Shown here piece by piece: positions 12,501-24,400 of a stretch of DNA of 64,000 bases (position 1 is its first letter; each line of letters opens with the position of its first letter). This DNA comes from Phoronis australis. Its lineage: Eukaryota; Animalia; Phoronida. The position numbers were made by a program, and so were the translations under genes. The notes beneath the pieces are model-generated. The model was not told the DNA's origin and did no database searches. It saw only the letters and a program-made list of their open reading frames with translations. Where the stretch lies: contig NMRA01000430.1 of NCBI GenBank assembly GCA_002633005.1, positions 99,420-163,419 on the forward strand, in the 5' to 3' direction.

Positions 12501-15500
12501 TACATGTGTTGCTAACAATTTAAAGGTGAACTATCCCTGGTTTCTTGTGCTGCTTCTAACAACCAATAATCTAATAGATTTTGGCTCTTGAAGAGACCTG
12601 CGCTAGTTTAGTCGTTTCTTATCATCCCTTGATCAGCCGCATAGCCTGGGGTAGACAAATTCTGTAGCTAAAGCTAAACGGCTTCAAAACGCTCTTGGAT
12701 TTTAACCAAGTCAAGTGTGTATTTGCAACAGTTGAAGTCAAATGAAATTAACAAGACTTACTGTTGAGTAGAGACTACAGAACTGTTACCAACTTGTGTG
12801 TTAAAACCCGCTGTCCCAAAATATTGAATTACCTTTTATCAATGGCTGACTGTAGACTTGTTACTGCTTGTGGCCAGCGCAGTGCTTACGGACTTAAAAC
12901 ACTGTCAAAATGACATGTTGAATTTTGTTTTGAGCAACTCATACAGGTATCAGCCCTGGGCTATAGGGATAGTTCCTCTTTAAATGCATTTTACAAACTA
13001 AAAATGTGAATAAAAAAGCAAAATGTCAGCTTTTCCGTACATGGTAGTCCAAAGTAGTCAGTGTTTTCTCGAGTACGTAATCGCTTATTTTTTTTGCTAA
13101 GAGTGTGCGTTTTACAGTGCTTGCATGGTGCCAAATGCAGCAGTAATGGTCTGTTTTTCAATCTAAACTTAAATCTGTTGGCCTGATCTTTCACAACATT
13201 GTAACTCACAACTGTTGGACAGTGTTCAACGTAGATAGATTACACACTACTTTACAGATCCAACAAATTTCACTTGCTCAACGACTGTTTATTAACATTG
13301 AACCAAATTACTACAAAGCTAGTTTTTGTGTACTGTGGAATTTCATCAATTTTGGACACAGTATGACAAACGCATGAAATTTTATTTTCTCATTTCCATA
13401 CGTTATGAAGCACCAAGTTAAATACCGTTCCATGTTCATATTCTGTACTGTAGCTGCCATCAGACAATGATTTTGAAAATAAATTGTGAATATTCGCAGC
13501 AATGTTACATATCTTGAAAAAGTACAATTTTTGCGAATTATTTTTGTCTAAATTTCATGATATTTTATAGTACATACATTTTTTCAATGAGGTTTTCCTC
13601 TTTGGCAACCATTTAGAAGAGAAGTTGTCAATCATGGAATGAACAGGATATGACTGTGAAGTATTTTGAACTTATCAACCTTAAGTTGACGTTAAATAGA
13701 AATCCTGTGAAAGTCATAGCTCTGCAGTTAACCTCAAGTGGCATTTCAAGATAATAAGCTGCTTTTATGACAGCTAGACATTGCAGGCGGCACAAAATGT
13801 GAGTCCAAAGCAAAACAAAATGTGTTAATAGAATTTTTACTTTAACATGGAAGAATTACAAATTGCCCTTTCACGGAGTCTTCGTGTGATTCTTGTTGGT
13901 TTAGGTCTTGCACTGACTCTGGTCAAACTTCTCAGGGAAAAGCCTTATTTAGAATAAATGAGCAATGCCAATCAAGTTGGTTTGAGATCTGACTAATCTG
14001 AGAATTGCTGTATGTGGCCAGCAGGTTGTACAGTGTGTGTAATACTGGCTTTGTGGACTCGCACGATTTCTCGAGAATGTGCTTTCCTAGCAATAAAACT
14101 TTATTTTGCACTCTCACCTACATGAAAAATACTGTCCGTAAAGAGTGAAAATGTACTTTGATACACATTGTACACTAACTGATTTGTAATAATTTGAACG
14201 TACGTAATGGAAAGAGAGTGAAAATTACCCGTTTCTTGCAATGAACATTGTGGGAAGATAACGCCTGCATGATGTGGCGGTGGTCCCCAACTTCACATGG
14301 AAGTTGTGACAAAACATATCACTGACTATCAACTTCGTTTCACAATACTTGCTGCTAAACTATAGATAGTTACCGTTTGGTTCACATGCCTGCACACCTG
14401 ACTAGTATGTAAATGCTTCATTGAGGTAAACCACCCTGTGAGTCATCTTTCGTCAAATAACTTTTTAACTTTCGATGTTAACCCCCTGAAACTGTTGTTT
14501 CTTTTATCAAAATTTGAAAGAAAGTCTCAATCAATGTTCCATTCCTTTTTAAAATCCCCATTTTTGTTTTACACTTGAATTTTGAATTCTTGGATTGAAA
14601 ATTTCATCAAAAACAATAGAAACTTTCATTTCAAAAAGCATGCTGCACTTGTCTTTGACCTGTTATTAGACTGTATTAACCTGGTGTTAGATCATGTTAA
14701 CCTGGTAGTAGGCTGTACCTGGTGTTAGACTGTATTAATTTGTTGTTAGACTGTATTAACCTGTTGATAGACTGTATTAACCTGTTGTTTCTGTTGTATT
14801 AACAAGTACTGTCATGGTCATGCTATGTGCTGGAAGTTGTCACCAGCCAGGCCGCGTTAATAAATGTCTCCGACATGCATTTTGTGACATGTATGACATA
14901 TTAGTGTTTTTCGCACTATTACCGGGTATAAATGTGTAATAGGCAGTTGAAGTAGTTCATTCGTAATGAAACAGCTTTTAATCAATGATGTTTACGATGG
15001 TGTACTTCTTAGTCCTCTCCATTTCATAGGGCTGTTCTGTCAATTGAACACACCTATATTCTGTTCCAGTTGCTGGACACCCTCCCAATATGCCGCGATT
15101 TTAAAGCTGGCCAGTGCACGAGGCCACAGTGCAAGTATGTGCACCTTGTAGAGGGTAAGTGTTGCTTTACCATGTGACCTTTCATTTTCAGGAAGTGACC
15201 TTTCACTGGAAGGTTGTATCATTGGATCATATCTCCATAGGTTTACTGTTTGCTTAGTCATTGTGTTATGTTTCACAGTGTGATATTTCACCGTGTGATA
15301 TTTCACTGTGTGATGTTTCACTGTGTGATGCTTCACTGTGTGATGCCTCATTGTGTGACACTACACTTTGCGATGTTTCACCTGTTAAACTGTGAATATG
15401 GATTAGATTGGAGTGAACAGACTACTTGTCTAAGTGTCTGTACGTTGTATTAACTCCCTGCTCCTGACTGCACCATCCTGCCAACAGGTGTCACTTAGTC

Positions 15501-15940
15501 ATATTTTGATGTGCCTTTTACATGAATTCCTATGAGCCTCTTCTAGGAATTCATTTGAATGATGGTTTGTATAATTTATCATGCAAGGTTTTACATCAAT
15601 GGTGATATAATTATTGATTTCTTATCACTGAGCAATGACAAATGATCAAAAGAGGTTTTTCGTGAATGAAGCGGTAAATGATAATCATTTATCTTCAGCC
15701 TGATGCATATTCAAGTCGACCAAAATAGGGCATAATATGATTCAGCCAGCACTATTCATAGAAATAATTAGTTTGAAAACATTGAATTTCATTCGCACGT
15801 CACTGGTCAGGTGGTTGTTGTCTTTTCTAGAATATGTTGAAATCACAGATGGAAAGGTAACAGTATGTCGTGACGCCGTCAAGGGGAAGTGTGTGCGGCC
15901 ATTGTGCAAGTACTACCATATCCCTTTGGTGATCCCATAA
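540..15940 (+). CDS. MBNL: Muscleblind-like CCCH zinc-finger splicing regulator, 5'-partial (ZnF1 and start codon upstream of window)
   Basis: Phase-consistent exons: 540-716 ([31 protein letters not shown], end of ZnF2), 1928-1993 (candidate), 3871-4059 (..KMQRPDRLE), 5576-5812 ([44 protein letters not shown], ZnF3/4), 7389-7454, 10819-11008 (KRPAL), 12360-12475, 15070-15154, 15831-15940 (TAA). Total 1236 nt, in frame. The [11 protein letters not shown] and KRPAL motifs are MBNL hallmarks. Confidence 0.95.
1928..1993 (+). CDS. MBNL: Candidate 66-nt MBNL cassette exon ([22 protein letters not shown]) with TG acceptor
   Basis: Branch-like TTAAC at about 1898-1902, a pyrimidine tract, then TTTCTG|GCA; 22 open codons; donor GTAAAG at 1994. 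Phase 0/0 matches the flanking exons. Confidence 0.55.
5895..6465. repeat. Minisatellite, about 40-41 bp unit, about 13-14 copies
   Basis: Repeated GTCCTGTCAGACAGACCCAGTACAGCCATGCTGGCCACTAACTG-like unit in the MBNL intron. Confidence 0.95.
7262..7388 (+). promoter_or_regulatory. YGCY-rich AG-exclusion zone upstream of NLS exon (putative MBNL autoregulatory element)
   Basis: No AG between 7262 and 7386. Pyrimidine tract at about 7268-7292 lies far from the acceptor. About 11 TGCC/TGCT/CGCC/CGCT motifs; TGCATG at 7476-7481 downstream of the exon. Confidence 0.7.
7389..7454 (+). CDS. MBNL: MBNL alternative NLS exon ([22 protein letters not shown])
   Basis: TAG acceptor ending at 7388, GT donor at 7455, phase 0/0. 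Its KRP motif sits in the same position as the vertebrate MBNL1 54-nt exon (KSLKRPLEATFDL), upstream of the KRPAL exon. Confidence 0.8.
8690..8771. repeat. Three 28-bp internally palindromic units
   Basis: ACCTCACA...TGTGAGGT units start at 8690, 8718 and 8746. Confidence 0.85.
12524..12979. mobile_element. MITE with TTAA target site (Kolobok/piggyBac-like), 456 bp
   Basis: TTAA|AGGTGAACTATCCCT ... AGGGATAGTTCCTCT|TTAA; terminal inverted repeats match 13/15; no ORF. Confidence 0.75.
14659..14783. repeat. Tandem repeat, about 21 bp unit
   Basis: CTGTATTAACCTGTTGTTAGA-like units. Confidence 0.85.
15070..15940 (+). CDS. MBNL: Third tandem CCCH pair (ZnF5/6) of MBNL, exons 15070-15154 and 15831-15940
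   Basis: [21 protein letters not shown] and [21 protein letters not shown], both CX7CX4CX3H. Canonical splice sites, in phase with exon 12360-12475. Confidence 0.9.
15258..15385. repeat. Tandem repeat, 15 bp unit
   Basis: TTTCACTGTGTGATG-like units; these explain the HTVK-repeat ORF in the track. Confidence 0.9.
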
Positions 15941-16424
15941 CTCCAGTGCTCTCATCCAGTGTGCCATATGATTGTTTTATACCTGACAGGTGTCACCTGA
16001 CATCTATCTGTCACTCAACATAGTGCTCTATTAATTAAACTGACTATATAGCTATTTTAATCAATTTTGTTCAAGTTTTGTTTGCATGGATTCTTTGATA
16101 ACTTGAAATAAAACATTTTTGTGGTGAGAAGTGCAATCTCCCAATATAGAGTGCCATATTTTGTATATCACATTTTGATACAAAATTGTTTACAGTTGGT
16201 GTTACACCATGGTTGGAGTCCATGCATTCAGCACATGAAAATAGTTGTAGCCTATTGATTATAAACTTTTTGTGTATAGTACGTTTTGGTTAAAGTAGTT
16301 TTTAATTGTGTATGTTATTATTCCCAGAGGTGCCCCCAAAACTAAGAAAGTCCCACAATATGGCTGTTTTTATTTCCAAATATCATGTTGATCATCGTTT
16401 GCCATATCCACATTTGAAGCCTTA

Positions 16425-16625
16425 TTCTTGTTCACAGATGAAAGGGTTTTGTCCAGTCTTGTTCACTGTTGAACAGGCTTTTGTTAATTCTTATTGATAT
16501 TTGAGCAAGCTTTGTTCATTCTTGTTCACAGGTGAACAGACTTTGTTCATCCTGGTTCACAGTTGAACGGGCTTTGTTCATTCTTGTTCATAGTAGAACA
16601 AGTTTTGTTCATTCTTGTTCACAGT
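16425..16625. repeat. Degenerate tandem repeat, about 30 bp, in MBNL 3' region
   Basis: GAACAGGCTTTGTTCATTCTTGTTCACAGTT-like units. Confidence 0.8.
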
Positions 16626-17895
16626 GCTTTGAATCAGCTTACAGGTCATGCATGGTGTGATGTCTGCTGTGCCTGTGATTAGCAACTTGACTGTCGCACT
16701 TGAATCCTAATTTATCTGTTATCCACCTGTAGCAAGTTTATTCTCTTACAATCTTTGGGGACAATTTTTACGTCAAGTCAGTTTTTAAAGTTTCTGACCT
16801 ACCACATTATTTTATTTCGTATAATTTAGAATTTTCAAGTTTTGTGTTATTTTTTGGTTGTCCTTTTTGTAGTGTATTGTTACAGTCAACCATTTTATTC
16901 ACAGGTTGTTCAGACTCTCACTGGCTGTATTGTCTGAAGTGGACTAGTCAGTGAGTTGCATACAAACAAAGCTGTCTCACAATATAATTATAGTATTCAC
17001 AATGCTGTGACAAGGAGGGCATTCAACAACGCTGGTTATGCGTGGCACTCGTTGAGAATTGTTGGGTTAGTCAACACACTTGGTGGCCGCTGTTGCTGCG
17101 TTGTCCTCTTCCAAAATTCAACGCTTCACAGTAGCCAACTCGGGCCTGTAAATTTTTAAATCTACTTAAAGTAGCTACATTTATAAAATGTTACGAACTT
17201 TGAGCATTTAGTTCTCTTTAAATTCAGTTGAAAGTAAAAAACTTTGAAGTTATCAGCATTTTTGAAGTGTGATTCCCAAAGTTTGGGCACAAAAATCTAA
17301 TAAGTGACCAAAATAGTCGAGAGCGCATGGTTCGACCAATAAGTCATATCATGCTGGTAACAATTGTAATGAAAAAAAATATTGACTGCAATATGTATCA
17401 TAACATGACAAGCTGAGTCGTTAATGGGCGCTTTTTAGTTGTTAATGATTTCAAACTAAAATTTGTTGTTTTTGGATTTACCATGCCATCTTTTGATTGA
17501 AGTTAAACTTTCCAAATTCTTGGAAGTCATTCAAGTTATAACTTGCAAAATACAAGTTTTCGAGGTGAAAGTTTCAGATCATGTGCCAAACTGGTTGTCA
17601 GCCCTGACAATCACATTCACATTTTGATGGTGTTGGCTAGCATAGCTGTAAGCTTACTCGCGAAACACTGGCAAGATGTTGCATTACACACGTGTGATCT
17701 CACGAGACTCACAAGGCACTTGCCTTGTTGAACGCTGTCCTCGTTTTGTTTACGGTAACAAAAGGTACTGTTATATCATTGTTGGAATGCTGCTCGGTGG
17801 GGAATTACTTGTAATTAATTATTCAATACGGAGTGACCTTTAGTGAAGCTGTAGACTGCAGCAGAATGATGGCAGCTAGTCATTGGTTAATAGAT

Positions 17896-18071
17896 ATCTT
17901 GAGTTGGTAGCCATCTTGAGTTGGTAGCCATCTTGAGTTGGTAGCCATCTTGAGTTGGTAGCCATCTTGAGTTGGTAGCCATCTTGAGTTGGTAGCCATC
18001 TTGAGTTGGTAGCCATCTTGAGTTGGTAGCCATCTTGAGTTGGTAGCCATCTTGAGTAGGTAGCCATCTTG
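17896..18071. repeat. Near-perfect 17-bp tandem repeat, about 10 copies
   Basis: (CATCTTGAGTTGGTAGC)n with no spacers. Confidence 0.97.
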
Positions 18072-18819
18072 GTCGGTCTCAATTCTTGTGTTAGGTTATA
18101 CTTACTACATATTGTTTTACAATCCATGAAAATACTTTGTGTGATTTACTTTTAAAATTGTTCTGTTTGTGATGCCATGAAGCTAATCAGTTTGGCGACC
18201 CTCAATTTGACCTTGGATTGAAAACGATGGCAAGTCTGTGTCAAACACAATATGCCAAATCTGTTATTGTTGAAGAATATTCTGAACTGAACATGAAATG
18301 TTCGTCTGTCAAGTTATGTTGGAACATTGCCCTCGCTTGGCTTTAGTCCACTGTGCTTGTAGCCGGCCATCTAGACACTGCAACAGTCTTTGGTGAATGC
18401 TTTTTGTTTGTGCAAGATTGGTTGAAAATCTTTGCCGTTTTGCTTGAGAGTCACCGTCTCTGGCAGCAAAATCTCCAAATGCCTCCAGGATGCACATTTT
18501 AACTTGCCATTCTCTGCTTCTTATTTTAAGTGTTTTTCAACATCAAGATGCTTCGTCAGTATTTGCCATGATTGTACATTATTTTACCTTTACCCTCCAC
18601 TTTTAATCAGCTATTATGTATAGTTGTTAATAACAGCTTGGCTTTACGCATATTATATAATTCACTCATTTTATCACTTCTGCTTGCTGGTTCTGCTGTA
18701 CAGTGAACATATACTATTTGACTTGAATGGCTGAATAAATGCTTTATGTGAGTATAATCTACCATGTTGTCTTCTTCTCCTCCGCCACTGCACAGCTTCT
18801 GCTGCTGACTCTCATCAGC

Positions 18820-19035
18820 CTAGGCTAGCAACCATGCCCTGTCAATCACTGGTTGCCTTGGTTACTGCCTACTCTATTGTGCTAGGCTAGCAACCGTGGG
18901 TGTCAACAAGTGATTGCCTTGGTTACTGCCAAGCTGCTTTGGGGTGTCAACCACTGGTTGCCATAGTTACTGCTGACCCCCATTATATGCTAGGCTAGTT
19001 GCCATGGGTTACCAATGATTGATTGCCTTAGTTAT
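18820..19035. promoter_or_regulatory. Degenerate repeat containing a cluster of RFX X-box-like motifs
   Basis: GTTGCCTTGGTTAC 18852-18865, ATTGCCTTGGTTAC 18913-18926, GTTGCCATAGTTAC 18957-18970, GTTGCCATGGGTTAC 18998-19012, ATTGCCTTAGTTAT 19022-19035, plus CTAGCAAC half sites. Confidence 0.55.
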
Positions 19036-21402
19036 CTGCACTGTCCTCATGCTTGCACTTTTCAAGTGGCTTTTCATTCATTTAGTTCTGTCTTATGTCG
19101 ACTACTGTTATATTCAAGGCTACACCAGGCTAAAACTGCGCTGTTGCCACAGGTCCTAGGGTCCTACCATATGCAGTGTTCACTGACATTTGCTGTATTT
19201 GTCCTCTAATCATGGCTGTTTATGTGAAAGTTGCTTGTCACTGTGAAACGTGGGTGGTGCTTAAATTTGACAGGAATTTTGATTTTTTTGGCATTTTTAA
19301 ATTAAAGCGTCAATCCCACAGTTGAACTACATGGGCCGGTGCCATTGTATCAAAGGTCGTATGTCTAATCATAGCTAAGGCGACTGTTGGCAAGTTTTTG
19401 AGATATTGGCGCTGCAGTTGTGCAGGAGTGAAACGATTACTACATAATCGAAGTAAACTTTCAATCAAAAAGAATACCTTTGTAAATCATGCTAATGAAT
19501 TGTTTACCACTAAAAATTTGAGATATGACTGTCTTAGCTAAGACTAGACTTGTGACCTTTGACAGCTTGGAGCCCATGTGCTGAAACTCAGTTCCTTTGA
19601 TCTAATGAAGTGTATGTCTTTTTGTTCATCCACTTTTATAGTATGTGGCTTTCACAAAGCAGCGCTGAGTTTTCAGTGACGAGCTAATGTTCCGCTGATC
19701 TCTTGTACGCGCCTCATTAACTAGTGGAGCATCCTTCCTACCTTTTGACGAACTGGTAAAAAATCTTGCTAATGATTTCCCAAAACTATCAAAGCATTCA
19801 AGGGAAACTGGGACCATGTGAACAAAGTGAATCCATCCACATCACTGCAGGCAGTTAGCCATGGTCACTTGACCAGCCCAGCAGTAGACTGATTGGTTAG
19901 TCCAGGTGATGCCACTGTCCACTGAACTAGTTTTATTCATACTTTCTTTAAGTTTTACTTTGCTTCTCTTTTACAAGAAATGAATTTCTACAATATTTTT
20001 ACATTATAGTGGTTTTGGAGCTGTGTATGTGTGCTATCTTTAGTACTTTTGCGAGAAAGGTCAAGCTAACACCCTGTGTAGAAAGATTAGTTTAAACAAT
20101 CACCAAGCATTTTCTGTTTCAAATTTATAACTGATTGTGTACAGTGGTTATGAGCAGTTTTGTAAAATTTGTGTTTAGTAGAGACTAGCTATAGCAGCTT
20201 GATACGGGGAGGAAGTCAAATAACATGGCATTCTAATCTCCAACACAAAAGCTGCAGCTTCTGTTTACTAACAAAACTGCCATGACCACAGATAGCAAAA
20301 TAACGAATCTAGTCCAATTGTGTGTCCGGTGCTAAGCACTACACATTGTTAGGTTATTGTTGTTGTTTGTTTTTCGAAGACAAATTTGTCTCTTTATATA
20401 TATGTATATGTTCTTGTAACAATTTTGGATTATATATAATGATGAAGCATAGTCTTAATAGTAAATATTTTAACAAATTATACGTTTGGGTGGTGTACTA
20501 CTTAATATTCCACTTTTTGCAAGGCAAATCATTCGTCCAATCACACGACACTTTCTACTTGACGTTATTAGTGCATGCAAACGATCTCAGTTATGACACA
20601 AAATGGTTAAAACTACATTTCCACTTGGTTTAGCTGTCGCCAAAAATGAAATTGCAAACTAAGGCTATTGACTTTGCAGTGGGTTGACAGGATGTGCCAC
20701 TTTAAGTGATCTGTGGAACAAAGGCAAGATATTAAAAGTATCTTTGTTCGAGCATGATGTAAATATTTGCTCCATTACTACTTCCTCTTATTTAGTGCCA
20801 TGGTGGGACTACTTTCATCCATGGGTTGCCAGGAGGTGTAAGGACTCGTCCATACTTGGGGCAATTATCGAACAAAAAGCCAAATTGCTTGGAGTTGTAA
20901 ACAATACAAGTACGTCATGGTTAAGCTGGCAGACGTTGAACTGTTTACTTATTGCTAGGCTATTGAACACAACAAGTACGACTGGGCAAGAGAAATTCAT
21001 AGTCGGCCTTTCGGTTATAATATTTTTAATTGTTTTTACAAGTATAATTGTCAGACACACTGTCCATGTTGTGAAAGCACATTGTTTGTGAAAAGGTTTT
21101 AACACTCATGTCTAGTTTGGAAAGCATAAAAGACACCTTAAACAGTTTTAACTCAAATTTATATTTTGCCTACCAAATTTTACATGAAGTTACAAAGGCT
21201 CCATTGTATAGATATTTAAAAAACAAATTAAAACTTTATAACACAGCAACTTTTACAAAATAAATATAAACATAGAAGGCGCAGTCAATAGTCTCAGTTA
21301 TGAAGACAGAGTCGGCCACAACGCTCCCATCTTCCTTTAGGGTGACGTTGCAGTTGGTTGTTTCCGTAGAAATATTATCAGCATGCAGTCCGACATTAAC
21401 TC

Positions 21403-24400
21403 CTACTTCTTCCCTGCTCCTGAGGGACGCTCTCTCTCCTTTTGATATTCCATTTCAATTTTCTGAGTAATCTTTTCCCAGTCAATTTCAACCTATTAAA
21501 ATAACCAGATATCTAAAATATTGGACATCTGGAGAGTCAACACAAAGTCCATGTAAACAAAGATAAATTTTAGATATGGGCTCATGATTAAACATCCCAA
21601 AATAATGATGTGAGAAATCCTGGATGGTTTATGATTGGACAATGAAAAGGTGTGTTGACAGTGTCTAGATTGAGGTGTGGCAAGATGATTTCTGAGTATT
21701 AATACACTTATGCACCATGAAACTGTACCTTGTAGTTAGATTGAGAAGTCTGTCAAGATGACTCCACCATGAAAATGTACACTGACACTGTCCAGTTAGA
21801 TTAAGAGGCCTGGAAAGATGATTTCTGAGTACAAATGTACTTATCCATCAATGAAAATGTTTACCTGATCAGAGTACTGCTGAAACTTTTTACTCTTTTC
21901 TTTTTTATCAAAATCTTCCAAGTATTTCTGTCTGTATGCCAACACTGTATCCACATGAGTCTTATGTTTGATACTCAACTCCAACGCTCTACAATAAATG
22001 GACAAACCATTGAAAAGGTGAGATGTCACTAAGCAACGGGTGGGGGTGAAAATCTGGGACCCGTTCCGAAACGCAAACCATGCAAGAGACACATATAGCG
22101 TGATATCTCCGCTTATGCAACAGAAACAGAGTTTCCCTTCCCATATTTCAGCAGCCACTTTGGCAGTATATAGCTTACTTGTGAAGGGGACCTTGTTTTT
22201 CACTAGTGTGACCTTGCACAACTAGCAGGACAGTAGTCGTACAGAATGCGTCCTTGGAGTAGGTGGGAAACCTACCACGCTACCAGTCAGCGCCCCCTTG
22301 CCTAATGTTGCTCATGAGGACGTGGGAAATGTACCACAATTCCAGTCTTCTTCTCCTGTTCTAATGTCGTAAACAATTCTAGCACATTTATCAACCGTCA
22401 TTGAAACTGTTACATTTTCCCTTTTTGTTTTAAGTCGGCCACTTTTGGAAGTCCCTCACCTCCGCGAGAAGTAGACCACAGTACGTTATAAACTGACCTC
22501 TGACCTACAAACAGTTAATAATCTAACGTCTGCACTAACTAATGTGACCTATAAACAGCCTGAGCACCAGTGATAGAAAGAAGAGAGAGTGATTCTACAG
22601 TAATTTTGCTACAGAATTAAGCAATTGAAATTTTTTGATTTTGCCACAGCTGACTCCCTTCCTACAAATAACTAGACACTTACTTACAGTACAAACTCGT
22701 CAATTTAGGACATGATATGGCAGACTAGTGAAATTTTGATGAGAAACTTGACAACAAAGACTGTACTCATCTGCACCACATTGTGCCAGGAAGAATTGCT
22801 GTACTGTTGTGTAAAAAAGATTCAATGGCGTTTCTGGAACACATAGTTTACTTACCTATCCCAGTTATACAGTTCGATATTCATCATAATCGCCCTAAAG
22901 ATGAGGCCAGCCTGAAGCAGTGTGCCCTCGGCATCTTGAGAGCTGCCACAGAAGAGAGCCATGGCCGCCGTGCGCGCCTCCTTCACAGGCAGGTCTTTAA
23001 TGTGGGAGATAAACTGAACCTTGTCTGCCTACACAGGGAAGAATAGACTAAATTATTAGAATTTAATATTGTAACAAACATAGTTTTAAGCCTGGAAAGG
23101 CAATCATCAGCAATTATAATTACAATCTTCATGCTTTATAAACAAACTTTTCGTAAATTCTTCAGAACATGAATGAGTTGGATAGAGAAGATTTTCTCTG
23201 AGTTACACGAAAAATACTACGTCAGGTAACCGACGCGAGGTGTTCACGTCCGCATCACATTCAGGACAGGACACAAAATGACACCACTCATAACTGAGTG
23301 AGCAATATATGTATGCATTGCAGTTCTCATGTTTTGTAATAGTAATATTGCAACATTAACAAACCCACAAACCTCGTTTATTGCAGCATAAGACACCTCA
23401 GCTGTGTTGAGTTCTTTAGCATAAGAAGACATGGCTGCCAAACATGACCAGAGACTATTGTCCTACAATATCAAACAAATCCACTCTGAATATCGCATGT
23501 AGGATAAACAACTTTACAGTGAAAACAAAGATGGTGAGTGGACAATGGTCTTTAACAAATAATTTTTGAGTACTAAATTTACTTGAGGTTAGTTCGTCAC
23601 CTATCAAGTCATGGGTTTAATAAAACCTGTTTTAGTAAATGACATGTAGAATACGTATAAATAAATACCCTTGACTCTTTGACCTAGGAAAGCTACACAA
23701 TAGCATTACAGAAATGCAATGTGAACAAGTGGAGAGTTAAAAACATTCAATTGTTCACTACAACTGTTCACTATTAAAACAGAATTTTTACCTAGTAATG
23801 TCATATTTCTTCAATTCTTACCTTTACAAATCTACAAAGTCTGACAGCGTCATCCCAGCGTGACACATTGACATAGGAATGAAGTATTCCAGGGTAAGGG
23901 GAAATCCCACTGGACACTAATGACCCTTCTGATCGCCGCACATTCACATGGTTGCCATGGAAACTTAACAAGCAAGGATTTTTACCAAACTCGCTGAAAC
24001 AGAAGAAATGACTTTGTGTTCATGTGACTGATCTTTGAATCAACATTAGTGTGAATCTGGGCGAACTTTGAATCAACATTAGAGTGAAATTGAGCGAAGT
24101 TTGAATCAACATTTGTGTGAATCTGAGTGAATCTTGAATCAAATTTAGTGTGAAACTGAGCGAACTTTGAATCAACATTTGTGTGAATTTGAGTGAACTT
24201 TGAATCAACATTTGTGTGAATTTGAGTGAACCTTGAATCAATATTATTGTGAATATGAGTGAAATTTGAATCAACATTTGACGTGTGAATGTGAGCGAAA
24301 ATTGAATCAATATTTGCATGTTCTTGCAGAGAAGATAGTAAATGAGAATATTCTGAACTTTTTCAAACGCTAACAAATTGCATAAACACGACGTCTGAAT

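Noticed and set aside
17876-18127. ORF with MATNSRWLPTQDGYQLK repeats
   Set aside because: Translation of a 17-bp tandem repeat cycling through frames.
24020-24376. 118-aa repeat ORF
   Set aside because: A 33-bp minisatellite inside an IFT80 intron.
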